A DNA stretch of 64,000 bases from Phoronis australis (Eukaryota > Animalia > Phoronida): contig NMRA01000051.1 in assembly GCA_002633005.1 (NCBI GenBank), positions 623,273 through 687,272 on the forward strand, in the 5' to 3' direction. The notes under the pieces were generated by a model. It worked only from the letters and a program-made list of their open reading frames with translations, was not told where the DNA came from and did not search any database. The stretch's first letter is position 1, and each line of letters starts with the position of its first letter. A program made the translations under genes and the position numbers. Positions 50,678 through 63,018 of the stretch are shown piece by piece.

Positions 50678-52294
50678 GGACCACCGTAATCGATGAATTC
50701 TAGGTAACTCGTGAGATCAAAAACCCAAGAACGATTCTCTGACTGGCTCGTAGAAGTCATGTGATGGAAAATTTCACGAGTGGAAATCGTAAACTACAGC
50801 GCATCACGTGTCTGACCAAAATGTGCGGTACGTGACGATTGCAGCGTGCTATGTTACTTTGGATACTTGCATGTAGGACCTTATCAACGAGCCTGTGCAT
50901 TTAGTAAACTGTCAAGAAATTTATACGTAAAAGTAAATATTTTCTGTAAGTAAAACTTGATTTTGGATCTATTATCAACCTGTTATTGATTGGGTCACGT
51001 GGCCATGTCTTCTTAGTAAAATTTCGCAAAAATGAAAGATACAATTTTAGCAAAACAACGGTATCAATAGCATGATCAATTTTTATTTGACGCAAATGAT
51101 GGGGAGAGATCTCAAAAACCGCTGCAACAGTTTTCCAAAATATCATTTCGTTTTAGTTTCATACAACTTATTTTTTTCATGGAAATCATAAAAATGCTAT
51201 TTCTGATAGCCCTAATGTAAAAGTGGAACATTATAAAAACAATGCCTCAGAACCATTTCGGAGCATAAAGCATTCTGAAAGTTTCATATAAATTCGATCA
51301 ATCATTTCTGATATTTCCAAAGTTAGCGAAATTTGACCATTTTCTATGGTCCTACGTGGATGTGTCATAAACAACTTAAGGCATACTAACAACACATAAA
51401 CTGATGTTGAGTGATGAATTGTGTGTCAGAATGACGCGATTTAGACCCGCAAATAGTAGCAGAAATGCACACTCACATCACATTTGTCAAAAATGTCCTG
51501 GTTCATTGAAACTTCCCTGTTTAGGTAACCACGAGGGCATTTTAGTACCTGGAACGTTTACAAAATTCTCTCTTTGGTTAAAATGTCTTTGTGCCGACAG
51601 CGGTTACCCCCAGTGTACGCTCCCAGTGTACTTTACATGGATTAGGATTGACCTGGTCATGAGCACTGCAATACGTGTACGTGCTTAGCATTTTAAAGAG
51701 CTCTGTAAAATGTACCATTTTTACTTCATCTTTTATTGCAACGTTTTGGTTTTATTTTAGTGGGTTCAAAACGTCCGAATGACGTTATAATAAACATGAC
51801 TGTAAGGATCTCAGGCAAGACTCACTGAATGCAACGGTATTTCTTGGGTTATTTGTACGGTAACAAGTTCACGACCTTAATAATGATCGTTACACGTTGA
51901 GCCCAAAGGTTCTCAGAAAGAAATCATGTGATCTATAAGCCATGACCTTTCATTTCAACGTAAGTTGAATTGTTTTGTTACTTTACAGACTCTTTTCATG
52001 GACTGGTGCTGAGCTAAACAAAATTCTACTAAAGTTGACAATTCATACCATTGTGGTTATGACTGATTGGCAAACATCTGTGGAAAAGTAACGACTTGCG
52101 TTACATCACATGTGATTTATATGTATATACAAATGTAAGGCTTTGTATTCGAGGTCCTTTAGTGTTCACCATACACTCCCACCAAGCACTGGAATCCAAT
52201 TGGGGATCCACCTTCCAAAATTTTCGAGTCTCATTTCAATATCATTGGGTTCGTGAAAACAATCCGGAAATCATTACACTAGGGCAGAATGATG

Positions 52295-52354
52295 TGCCAT
52301 GTACAGGGTGGACCTGCCATGTACAGGGTGGGCGTGCCATGTACAGGGTGGGCG
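52295..52354. repeat. 20-bp minisatellite, 3 copies
   Basis: tgccatgtacagggtgg(acc/gcg) three times. Confidence 0.95.
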
Positions 52355-54262
52355 AGAGGTAAGTAAGTGCTATAAGCCCAAATGAAAACACTGTCAAACT
52401 GCATAAAAGCCATTGTGACATATTCTCTGATACTTGATTAGAACTTTTCGTAAACATGAGATCGAAGTACTGTCTGTAAATATTTTTTCTTTTCTTGTTT
52501 GCTTTTTTGAAACCAGCTCGATCAAAACAAATGAATGTCACCTATAATGTTGAGCGGTATGGCCTTTGGGAAACTTGAGACACACACCCAGTTGTTTCCG
52601 TTACTGCTTCGAAGAGAAGTTCACCTTAACTAGGTAATATATTCGCTTTTTGACGATTTTTAATGATTAGATTGCTCCCAATATGGGCTCAACAACGTGA
52701 ACATTGTGTTTAGAGTTACATGAAACCAGTGCTTGGGAGGTTACATACTGAAGTTGATAGCAAAAGTTGAAAAAACGAAGATACCCAGAGTCGTCGAGTC
52801 GAGTAAAATGTGCAGTGTCAATGTTGTGAATGAAACTGAGTGATGTTATTGTGGTTGGAGAGACCCGTTTGTCACTTTTGGTCGTGGGTTCGATTACTAA
52901 GACTGCCTCTTGGCAGTTTTTAGACCACGACTGGACGTATAAAATCATCTGTGCGTTTTCACTACAATAAGAAAAGCCCCGTCTGTCGCCAGAGACCCTA
53001 GCCAGTTAGCTAGAAACTATGTAACAGAACCGGGTTTAACATAACTACGTGATTTAATCCAGTCCCACATTTTGTTTTCTTTTATCAGGAATCACACCAG
53101 TTTAATAGGCAACAAACTGAGGTCCTACAAATTTAATTGCTAAGAATAATTAAATATGTGCTGCATTTTAATGCTGAAAATAACACAGAATAAATTGTTT
53201 ATTAAATGGATCGCCGGCTTTTTGAAAACCAACACTAGTTTGCAGTTGTACTGATGACAACATATTGAATGTCATTGAAAACAACATTCTGCCTTCATGT
53301 TGAGGTCATGTTTGAAGTGTAATTTAAAATAACGCGGTTTATGTTTTCCAGCGTCACAAAATTGTGATATCTAAGCACGAGGACATTGTATTCAAGTTTG
53401 TGTGTCCATGCGCAGTGGTGGTGGTTATCCCGATTAATATCCTACGTTGTTCTCTATTTGTTTATGTGATTATTCTTAACTTATGGTATATTATAGCATC
53501 ATTGTTAACAATCATTAATTCTGAAATTGATTTTGTGGGTCATGTCGCATTTACTATGAAATGAAACGTCAGTTTCTGATTGCTAAACGATATTTGGAAT
53601 TCGAAATTCATCTCCCAATAATTTTCCATTTCGGCAAAGCATTATAGCAGGGCAAGCAATATTGCAAATTTGGCGGACGTGAAGACTGTCACAATTTACT
53701 GTAATAGACGAAGTACGCCAGGCCTCAATGTTGGACATGTGTGTCAAGGGTTTATACGACGTCAAACGCATGCCAAATTTCAAAAGCACTTAGGTCAAAA
53801 AAGCTCTCATTTAGTCTATTAGTTGGCTTAATACCTGTGCAATAAGTGTGATTTAAGCATGTCTATGACAAATTTCCTCCTAAGGGATGTCATGGCCATT
53901 TCACACGACAGTACCGCGTTCAGATACAAAAGGCAGATCAGACGATTAAAAAGAGCGTTCAAAAATACATCATGTCAACCGTTTCATGAGAAGTTAGCAT
54001 AACATTAGTCTGCAAACTGTCAGTCGCGTTCTAACATCACTATAAGAAGCCAGATCTGCCATCTGACTAGGGATCGTATGCATGGTTGGAAGACAGAACA
54101 GACGTCTGACGGGCGTTCACACAAGCATTTTTATGCAGCGGGTCAGACGTTAGATCTACTGCCCAACATATACGGAGTTCTCAAAAGCTCGCAACCAGTG
54201 AGTTTTGAAGAAACACATACGGTATTCAACAAAATTTGTTATCTTGGTAAATAGTTTCGATA

Positions 54263-55227
54263 CATAGGCGGATATAGGGGGGGGGGGGGGGCAGGGGNNN
54301 NNNNNNNNNNNNNNNNNNNNNNNNNNNNNNNNNNNNNNNNNNNNNNNNNNNNNNNNNNNNNNNNNNNNNNNNNNNNNNNNNNNNNNNNNNNNNNNNNNNN
54401 NNNNNNNNNNNNNNNNNNNNNNNNNNNNNNGGGGGGCTCAGATCCAATTTCAAGCGTCAAATTCCGAACACGGCGCAATCGTAACGGAACTATGGCTAAG
54501 TATAGGCTCTCCCGCGATACCTCAGGCGACCGTTTCCGTCGTCTGCTCCACTGTGCAATGAGGAAAATTACTTCATTTTTTAAAGAAAATGGAATCTTTG
54601 TGGTGATGAAAAAACAGAATCTGCTGGTAAGATGTCAATTTTAATCGAAGCCTTAGTGAATCACTCAGAAACTCATAATTCTCTCTTTGTCAAACCTTAC
54701 CTTAAGACGATTTCCCAAGCAATCGCGTCATTATTACCAACACAAAAAACGGATTTGGTCTTTTGGGCATTTGAAGACTATTTTAAATACGACAAATTTG
54801 CACAAAATATAAAACATGTAATGAGCATTACGAAAAAAGGTTTCGCGCGTAAACGCTGTGGACCATAAACAAATAGGTCTTTTAGTAACAAAGTTTCAGT
54901 TTTAAAATCGTGGAGGTGTAGTGGTGAAGCACGCGCACTCTATCCGCCAGGTCGCGAGTTTGAGTCAGTGGCGCTTGCACTTTTTCCTGTTTGACACTTT
55001 CTCCGATTTTTTTGCCTTTTTTCTTAGATAATACTTCGGGAATGAAGGAAAATGCTTGATTTTTAGAGGAAAAAAAAGAAAAAATTCCTGGGCGGAAGGG
55101 GGGGTTTGCAAACCCCCCTCCCGACCTCCCCCCATTTGGTGCTATGCGCATCTACAATCGTGCTTTGAGCAAATGTTTACAGACAAAATGTTGGGCCCTC
55201 CCTTGTGATATCCTAGATCCGCCACTG
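54263..55227 (-). mobile_element. Single-unit inverted copy of the 31400-32946 element, 5-bp TSD CGATA
   Basis: cgata|cataggcggatatagg ... cctagatccgccactg|cgata; the interior is the reverse complement of 31984-32790; contains the assembly gap. Confidence 0.88.
54298..54430. other. Assembly gap (133 N) flanked by poly-G
   Basis: Run of N read directly. Confidence 1.
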
Positions 55228-56413
55228 CGATAATTTATTCATTATTAAACGCATTAGTTTTGCGAATCTCTGTTAGCAGAATCAGAAAAAGTTTCAAAGG
55301 ATATTTTCTGTCATCTCGGACGCAGTCTTTTAAGGCCGTAAGCTTGGTCGTAGGTGACGTTTTTACGAAGTTTCATTACGTGACATGTATTGCTACCGGC
55401 GTTAACGACACGTGATCGAAGTTCACATTCGAAGTGAATACCCACCTTCCTAAACCACGTTAACGAATTACTCGTAAATGAAAATTAAGATACGATCTTT
55501 GATAAGACGGGGTCCACGTCTTCAGCATTGTGCAACTCACATAGTCTGAATAGTCCTGGTTTTCAAGAGAGGTCAAATCGTGAGAGTACAAAATATGCAT
55601 TATAGAATAAACTCTGATTCAGCAGCACCTGCATGTGCTGGCCGTGACTAGGTTTACCCGGTCTTGCATGAACGTGACACCTCCCTTACGTTCGGGCAAC
55701 AATAAGCAAGGTTACCTTACGTACATGTGTATATTACCTTAGTTTAGCCAGTATGGCTGATGAGGGCGTGCGGAGGAACGTAAAGCAAATTATTTCATCG
55801 ATAGAGCCTTTCACAGGTGGAGTTTTTATGAGAAGGCAAACACACTAGGTTTACCCCCAACATTCTATTTTGATTATGTTTTGCACAACTTGTAACAACT
55901 TTAAATTTGAGTTTCCTAGTTTTATGGAACGTTGTTATCACGTCAATTTAGCGTTATCTTTGTATAATTCCTGTTTTCCTCACACCTTTTGAAACTTTAT
56001 GTCCTTCGAACTACGTTTAAATAAAACTAGCCTTACTAAATCAGTTATAAACAAAAAGTAAACATTCTGCGCGTTTACATTGTAAACAGTCCTGCAAACA
56101 CACAGATTTAGCACAACGTTATATTTTGGTTATATTTTTGTGAACTGTCATTTGTTGCAAGGGAATCGTTTAAGTGACTGCCAAGCGAGAAGGTGATTGC
56201 TATACCCTGTTTTAACGGAAAACCTAAGGGAATTGTTCGAAAGTTTATCCCTCACTACTGTAACACACAGTACTGAGATTAAGAATTAGGCGTGCGTTCC
56301 GTAACGCTGGCACCTACGCTAGGACCTACTGTAGCTAAAATCTAGCCAAAGTCAAGTGTTCTCTCATGCGAAGTCTTGCTTTTTAGCTAGGTCATAGCGT
56401 TACTGAACTGGAG

Positions 56414-57194
56414 TATGGCGTGTTATGTGTTGCAAAATTCAATGTTCAAAAAATTAGGTTTGATGTAATTACATTTATGTGTATTCGATACCTTATATTT
56501 ATATTTGATCTTATAGTTTGTACATTTGATGTCAAAATATTTATATTCCATAATGAAAATACTTATGTGCCATAACTTAGTATATATGTTCGATGTTTCG
56601 TTTTATATGTTCGATGTTTCGTTATATGTGTTCGATGTTTCTTTTGATATGTTCAATAACGGAATTATGAGTATTATGAAACGACGTCCCTGATTGGTTC
56701 CTGGAATTAAATAAATGGCGGCTACCGAAGAAGAGTACTGTTGCTTCCTCATTTTTTCGACAATTTAGCCCATTTCATCGATATTTGTGAACATGGGTAA
56801 ATAACGTCTCAACACAGCTGACCAATCACGGCCGTCGTTTCAGTTTATCCAGAGTTCCATTATCGAATATAACCGGAAGACATCGAACGAAAACTTGACA
56901 TTATCGAATACATATATGAACATCGAACAGAAATTTTCAAAACATTGAATACAATTGTAATGAATATTGAATACATATAATCTTATGAAACATAAATTTA
57001 GATAACATTGAATATAAGATCAAATATAAATATAAGAAGATCAAATATAAATATAAGAAGATCAAATATAAATTTTAGAAAGATCAAATATAAATATAAG
57101 AAGATCGAATATAAATATAAGATATCGAATACATATAATTACATCAAACCTAATTTTTTTGAACATTGAATTTTGCAACACATAACACGCCATA
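56414..57194. mobile_element. Foldback element with very long inverted arms and internal ~22-bp tandem repeats
   Basis: tatggcgtgttatgtgttgcaaaattcaatgttcaaaaaattaggtttgatgtaatta pairs with taattacatcaaacctaatttttttgaacattgaattttgcaacacataacacgccata; ctggag on both flanks; aagatcaaatataaatataag repeats at about 57016-57125. Confidence 0.88.
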
Positions 57195-59311
57195 CTGGAG
57201 GCAGGTCTATGTCTTCAAATATCTAGCCTTGGTATAAACCTGCATACTAAATATACAGCTTTGCGCTGATGTGGGTAAAAAAGTGGTAAGATAAAATTTG
57301 ACACAAAATTAGTGTCATTAATAACTTAAGTCTTCCTTGAGTAGACTAAATTATTTAACGGTGTTGGAAAAATGGCGTTCTATCGATATTCTGCTACTCA
57401 AGTTGTGCAGTGATCTTTAGCAGCTGCTTTCGGCGCCATGAAATATTGTGTCAGTTTCTTTTTTTCGCAGATTCTTCAATCAACTGTTCTTCTTCCACGA
57501 GGTTGTGCAGATGTCACACCAAAGTATTGGAACTGGTTTCATTTAGTTACAAGTGTTTAGCATTTTAATACGATCAAACCGAATTTCATCATCTCCCGAG
57601 AGATGTCGCAAAATTTTAGGAAATGGCGCGTGCGCGTGACACGAGCTTACTGTTTTAAAAACGCCTAAATATTTTTGATTGTCATATAAGGCGAAGAATT
57701 ACTCAAGAAAGTGACGTTTATTAGATTGTTTTTCACTTAAACGGCTGTAAAGGGCAAGCTGAGTGTCAGTTGAGTCACAGATTTTGCATGCACCCCGTCC
57801 GGTATTTAGCTCTACATGTTGATACAAGTTTCGGGGCGAGGTGACGAGCAGAACTACCTTGGCTGTGTGCAATTTCGCCGGAGTCTATGGAAGATTACAG
57901 TCTTCATACAGCTAGCTGGCTAGCTACAAATTTCTTGCCATCTGACCTCAGTTGGAAAGTGTCTAGCTGCAGGTAAAGTGTTGTAGTTATCATAAATCGC
58001 TCTTTAATCATTGGCCGAGCATTTCTAATCCTTTGTCTTCTAAGCATGAGAAAGGAAATACCTTTTTGATGAGGAATTCACAAAACTAAACTTCAGTGCA
58101 TCTATCTTTACTTAAATTACTCAAGGTTATCTTATCGAAAAGTATGTGTATATAGGCAAACATCTTAAAAACTATAGAATCAGAAATAGTGCAAAACATC
58201 TGAAAGTTGAAAGAATGTAGAATATGGATTTTAAGTTTATACCAACCTGCCATTAAATTAGGTCACGTTGCCACGTGGTTTTAAAATATAGAGGTACATT
58301 CATAGTAAACAACGGTATGAAGAACGTGGGTAAATAGATATTTAAATCTATCATAAAAGTTGAAATCTCAAAAACCCTGTAACAGTTTTCTAAGTTATTT
58401 AGTTTTTGTTTTTTGAAAATTAAGTACTTTTTTAACAAAACTCATTAAAGTTCTATTTTTGTTAACCCCTCCTGCAAATGTTGAACCTTTAAAAAATCCC
58501 TAATTTTTTGGATAACAGTTCATAAGACATAAAATCTTTTAGTTCCCCGTGAATCAGATTAGTCTTCTATCAGACATGATGTTCCGCGATTATCCAACGG
58601 ATTTTATTGTTTTATAGCTTTGGTCAACTTTTATATCTTAATGGGATCTGTCCCAGCCAACAATAGTCCAAAATGCGTTTTTCGACAGTAAAAACAATAC
58701 CGCCCCTTCAAAATAACTGCACAAACTATCATAATGAATTCAATGTCCCTGGCCATGCGATCATCCAAACGACTGGTAACTTGACTTTCTAAAACCACTT
58801 TGAGGTGGTGGCGTGTTACAGCTATTATAAAAATCCCTTGGTCTATTTACACCAATTCGTTGAATTTTGCTTTATTTTAGTGCAAAACATTCAAAACCAA
58901 AATGACACAAAACAGGTATTCGGCAACAGTGGATGCAGGCGCTGCTTGTCGCATGTCAGATTGAGAACTCGAACATTGAATCACCCTATAGAATAAATGT
59001 TCACAAACATGTTGCCAGTAACAAATGTTGTGTTTTATTGTTTTCACACTGGTATACAATAAACCTACAAACTAAGCAGTTGTTAGATTTTAGAGACCGG
59101 AAACGGAATGGTTACATACTGAGAATATGACAAGCTGTTTTAAGCTGTTTATTCGCTCACAGCGGACTTCATCAGAAACAAGAGAATATTGTTGAAACGG
59201 TGACACAAAGGGGTGACACGAAAAATATCATAATGTCTGAATTTGTATATGTGCGTTTTTGGTGTAACGTGCAAGTGCTACATGAACAAACACTAATGTC
59301 AGACGTGTGAT

Positions 59312-59497
59312 TTAGAATTCATCGTGATTCACGGGCATCAAATGAATGTCGTCGGTGTCGGCATCGTGTTCTTCGGCTTTGTAGTCGTATAATTGTTCGT
59401 CACAATCAGCAAGGTCTTTTACTATGGTGTTGAACTGGCTGTGCACAACTGGCTGTTTGAAGCACATCGTACCACCGCCTCGCTTTCGCTGAGATTC
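59312..59497 (-). CDS. DNASE2: DNase II terminal exon
   Basis: tcgtttcag|ESQRKRGGGTMCFKQPVVHSQFNTIVKDLADCDEQLYDYKAEEHDADTDDIHLMPVNHDEF-TAA, 186 nt. Confidence 0.92.
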   Translation of the reverse strand, partial: ESQRKRGGGTMCFKQPVVHSQFNTIVKDLADCDEQLYDYKAEEHDADTDDIHLMPVNHDEF

Positions 59498-62400
59498 CTG
59501 AAACGAATGAGCAACCAAATGTCCTGCCCTTGTGGAAAAGAACGTTTTGACTCTGTTCAAACTCGTCGTTATACATGTATATGGACTGTTTTGCTGACCC
59601 TACTTGTTTCGGTGTTAAATCACTTTTCTCCGTTTTCCACTTTTTGCGAACTTTGTAAAAATGTGAACGCACGCCAGTCTGTAATTTACGAAACGCTCCT
59701 ACTTCAGTGATATTTTTGATTCCCGGTACTCACACTAGGTTTCAAACTGACTAAAATTATGAAAATAGTCAGACAGACCACATACGCACGCATCACAGCG
59801 CCTAAATTTCACCACAGGCTTTGCACGAAACAATCAATCTGCTGTTGCACTATGAAATGTTCAAACAAGTTATTTTGCTTTGCTCACATGCATTTAATTA
59901 ATATAGATACATTAAATTTCGTGTTGCATAAAAAGAGTCATTAACCTTTTTATACTATTATAAAATAAACGTTCTGTTAACGCGGATAATAGACATCTTC
60001 AACAGTACCTTTACAAGCTGTCTGTGCTCCTATAACCAACCACATTGAATAAGTTCATATCATATCCGCAATGATCTTTCCATTTTAAAAACAGAGAACG
60101 CAACGATAGGTGCAGGTGGCGTTGCGAACACATGCTATGGAGCTGCCATATTGGCAAATTCACGCAATTGTACACTAGTGAACATGAATAGCAAATAGAA
60201 TAAAAAGATGGGATATTTTATCATACCATCTTCTTCTCCCGGTTTCAACAAACGATCGAAATACCGATAATAATACATGTATGTTGGCGTATGTTAGTGA
60301 TAACTTTTAACTGAATTATAACTGTGAAAATAAAACAAAACAAAGTGCAGGTTAGTTCCAGGATGAAGACAAGTTTTATCATTTACTGTTTAAGGTTGAT
60401 GTTCGAGATGTGACTCGTGAACATCTCTGTTGTTTCTGATGAAATGGCATGTTGTGGGAGTCTATTCCAGAGAAGAGTTTGCGTAGTATGCAGTGCAAAT
60501 GTATGTTCTCTCAAACGTATGCGAGTGAGAATTACGTGAGCTAGAGATATGTAGAGGTGGAAGGCGGGTGTGGGGAATGGCAACCAAGTTGTGTACGGTC
60601 TTGTGCATGAGAAACGGTGTTGTTTTGAGCTCGTCTTTCTTGAAGAGGGGACCATTTGGGAGTGGTGAGCATAGACGTAACAGAGGAGTATCTGGACAAG
60701 GAAGAACCTGGCTGCTCTACGCTATATTCGTTCAATCTTTTCAATATTGGAGCGTGTGGAGGTATCTCAGACAGAGGAGGAGAATGCAAGTTTGGGCCTC
60801 ACTAATGAAGTGTAGGCCAAGGCTTTTGTTTTACGGAGGTGCATATTTGAGGTCCCGTTAAATGAAGCCAAGAGTTCTGTTTGCTTTAGAGTTGATTGTG
60901 TCTATGTGAGTGTTCCATGATAAATTATTGATAAAAGTGATTCATGCATTTGAGCGGCGAGTTGTGAAGACTGTAATTGTATACTGTGGAGGAACGTTTT
61001 CTGTGGACACGTAGAATATTGCATTTGGAAATATAAAGTATGAGGACCAAGGACAGGGCCCTGGGACACCTCTGACTGAGCTGGGTAGGAATTTGAGAAA
61101 TCACCATCGACGACGACTCTCTGTGTTTTATGAGATAGAAAGGACTGGATCCAATTCTGGGTTACACCCCTTTCTCCACAGTGTCTGATCTTCTCCAAGA
61201 GTCTTGGATGAGTTTACCTTATCCAAGGCTGTGGAGAAGTCCAGCTCCACGGTATCGGTTTAAGTGTCTGCCTCTATAATTTGGAGCAGGTCATCTATGG
61301 AAGTGACAAATTGTGTTTCGCATGATCTACGGCTACAAAAAGCATGCTGCCAGGTGTATAGTAAGAAAGAATGAGAGCGGTCGGAATTTAAATTCTCAAC
61401 TAGTTAACGAACTACAAGACAAAACTGTTAAAATCAAGCAGTCTTAGAACTCGACGGCAAAGCATTTAATTGTATCGGATTTTCATCAGTTATGATCATA
61501 TCGTAACGCTTTCTTGTGTAAACGCCACGTGACTAGCGATATCTACCGACGTCAGAGTCTATGCGTACGTTTTCTAGACTTGAAATCGCATTGCTGAAGG
61601 TGTCGAACAAACCTGCATTTGTGACCTGACTTAACGAGTCGCAGTTACAACCAATACTAACCTCTCTGTTAATGTCTCCAATGCATGCCCAGTTTTCCGA
61701 GCACGTCCCCTCCTCAGTAATTGTCCACTTGGAATGATCTTGGCGTTTATACGAGTAGATTACCAACTCTCCAAACTTAATACTTTTGACGTTCTCAATC
61801 TGTAAGCAAGCAAAAGAAATATTGCTCAGTCACCTTTTAAATAAATAAGTGTAGGCTTTGTTCGGAAACTTATATGTTTTAAGAATGTTTTCGATGTTGT
61901 CACTAGTGTGACACGAAACCACCGGCTACTGCTTATTTGAACTTGAATTTCGAGCCTTTAAACTTTTCCAAAAGAGTTACCTAAGGAGAAAAGCTTAGTT
62001 TATCTCAAAGGCACAAATACCGTAAAGTCTCCGTCTTCGCAGAAGGAGTCCATTGGACTGTAGGTTCCCTTCCAGGTTTGCACGTGCATGTTACATTGAA
62101 ACTTTGGGGCAACCAAGTCTTTGTACAAGTCTGAAAGTCACGACAAAGTTCAGGTTCTAGGGAACAGGAAAGGAAGGTAAGTGAAATAAAATAAAATAGA
62201 ATAAAACAGAATATACATGTAAAAGGTACGTCGGTTTCAAACTTTTGATTTAAATTCAAAGACCTGGAGCTCAAAAAGTTGGTGACAAATTGTGGTTATG
62301 ACACTTATATTTCGGCGTAAGTTTACGGAATGTTACATTTTTAAGGCAACGTCTGCTCTTATCGGCCTTTAACAACGAAAAGTCTCGCTTAAGTTTTGCT

Positions 62401-63018
62401 ACAAAAAGATATTGTTTGATTCATATTCGGGGACAATTGATCCTGCATATATGAAATAGCCGCGGTTGTAATCGTTTGTTTTTCTAAGTCTATTAAGCAC
62501 GATGTGAGTGTGTCTGATATTACAGTACAGTTGTAGGATATTAGTAAAGGAGCCATTGTCTTGAAACTTGATTGGCAACCTATGAATGAACGCTTGAGAC
62601 CTTGAACATTATGAGAACCATTTCTGAAATGGCCATATAGCAATTATTACACAGACTACGCACAGAATGTCGTCTCACAATCCAGACCAATGCACATTTC
62701 TACATGTGCGGAACGAGTTAAGCCATTTCATAATGCCTATATTTTCCCTAACAAACAGAATCATCTAAACAGAATTGCAATTAGAAGATTTTTACATCAT
62801 ACCCAACCCATTTTCCATTTTTCCAGATTTTGCAAAATTGATAAACTGCACGCCACCAAGTGATGTCATTTCCGCTATGTGACTGTCGACGTCCATGAAG
62901 AAATGATTATGCGGGTCTTTCATCAAGTCGTTCATGTGACCATTGTTTTTGTCTTCTGCAAACGCCTTGGGATATCGATAGGCGTATATCTTCGGGTGAT
63001 TCTGCTTGAGTTGTCGTC
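59312..63018 (-). CDS. DNASE2: Deoxyribonuclease II (plancitoxin-like), last four exons; 5' part not found in the window
   Basis: Exons 63018-62803 (GRQLKQNHPKIY...GVQFINFAKSGKMENGL), 62130-62021 (DLYKDLVAPKFQCNMHVQTWKG..SFC..), 61799-61662 (IENV...QDHSKW...WACIGDINRE) and 59497-59312 (ESQRKRGGGTMC...HDEF*); phases 1-1-0-0 are consistent. FAKS, DLY..LVAP, TW, DHSKW, CIGDINR and RGGG are DNase II hallmarks. Confidence 0.93.
60370..61350 (-). mobile_element. Degenerate CR1/L2-like LINE reverse transcriptase fragment in the last DNase II intron
   Basis: RRSCETQF..IDDL, LDFSTALDKV, WIQSFLSHKTQRVVVDG..S....SEVSQGPVLGP, then an internal deletion to SKCNILRV; frameshifts and stops. Confidence 0.88.
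61662..61799 (-). CDS. DNASE2: DNase II exon with catalytic DHSKW
   Basis: gcttacag|IENVKSIKFGELVIYSYKRQDHSKWTITEEGTCSENWACIGDINRE|gttagt, 138 nt. Confidence 0.95.
62021..62130 (-). CDS. DNASE2: DNase II internal exon
   Basis: actttcag|DLYKDLVAPKFQCNMHVQTWKGTYSPMDSFCEDGDFT|gtattt, 110 nt; a different frame from the ORF-track entry here. Confidence 0.9.
62803..63018 (-). CDS. DNASE2: DNase II internal exon
   Basis: ttattcag|GRQLKQNHPKIYAY...SLGGVQFINFAKSGKMENGL|gtatga, 216 nt. Confidence 0.88.

Noticed and set aside
57016-57125. Short regular repeats that could suggest a CRISPR array (also 52295-52354)
   Set aside because: Head-to-tail units with no unique spacers, no cas genes, eukaryotic context.
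1174-63018. Idea that the three co-oriented genes form one functional system
   Set aside because: They are separated by 9-15 kb of repeats, share no evident pathway, and same-strand orientation of three genes is common by chance.
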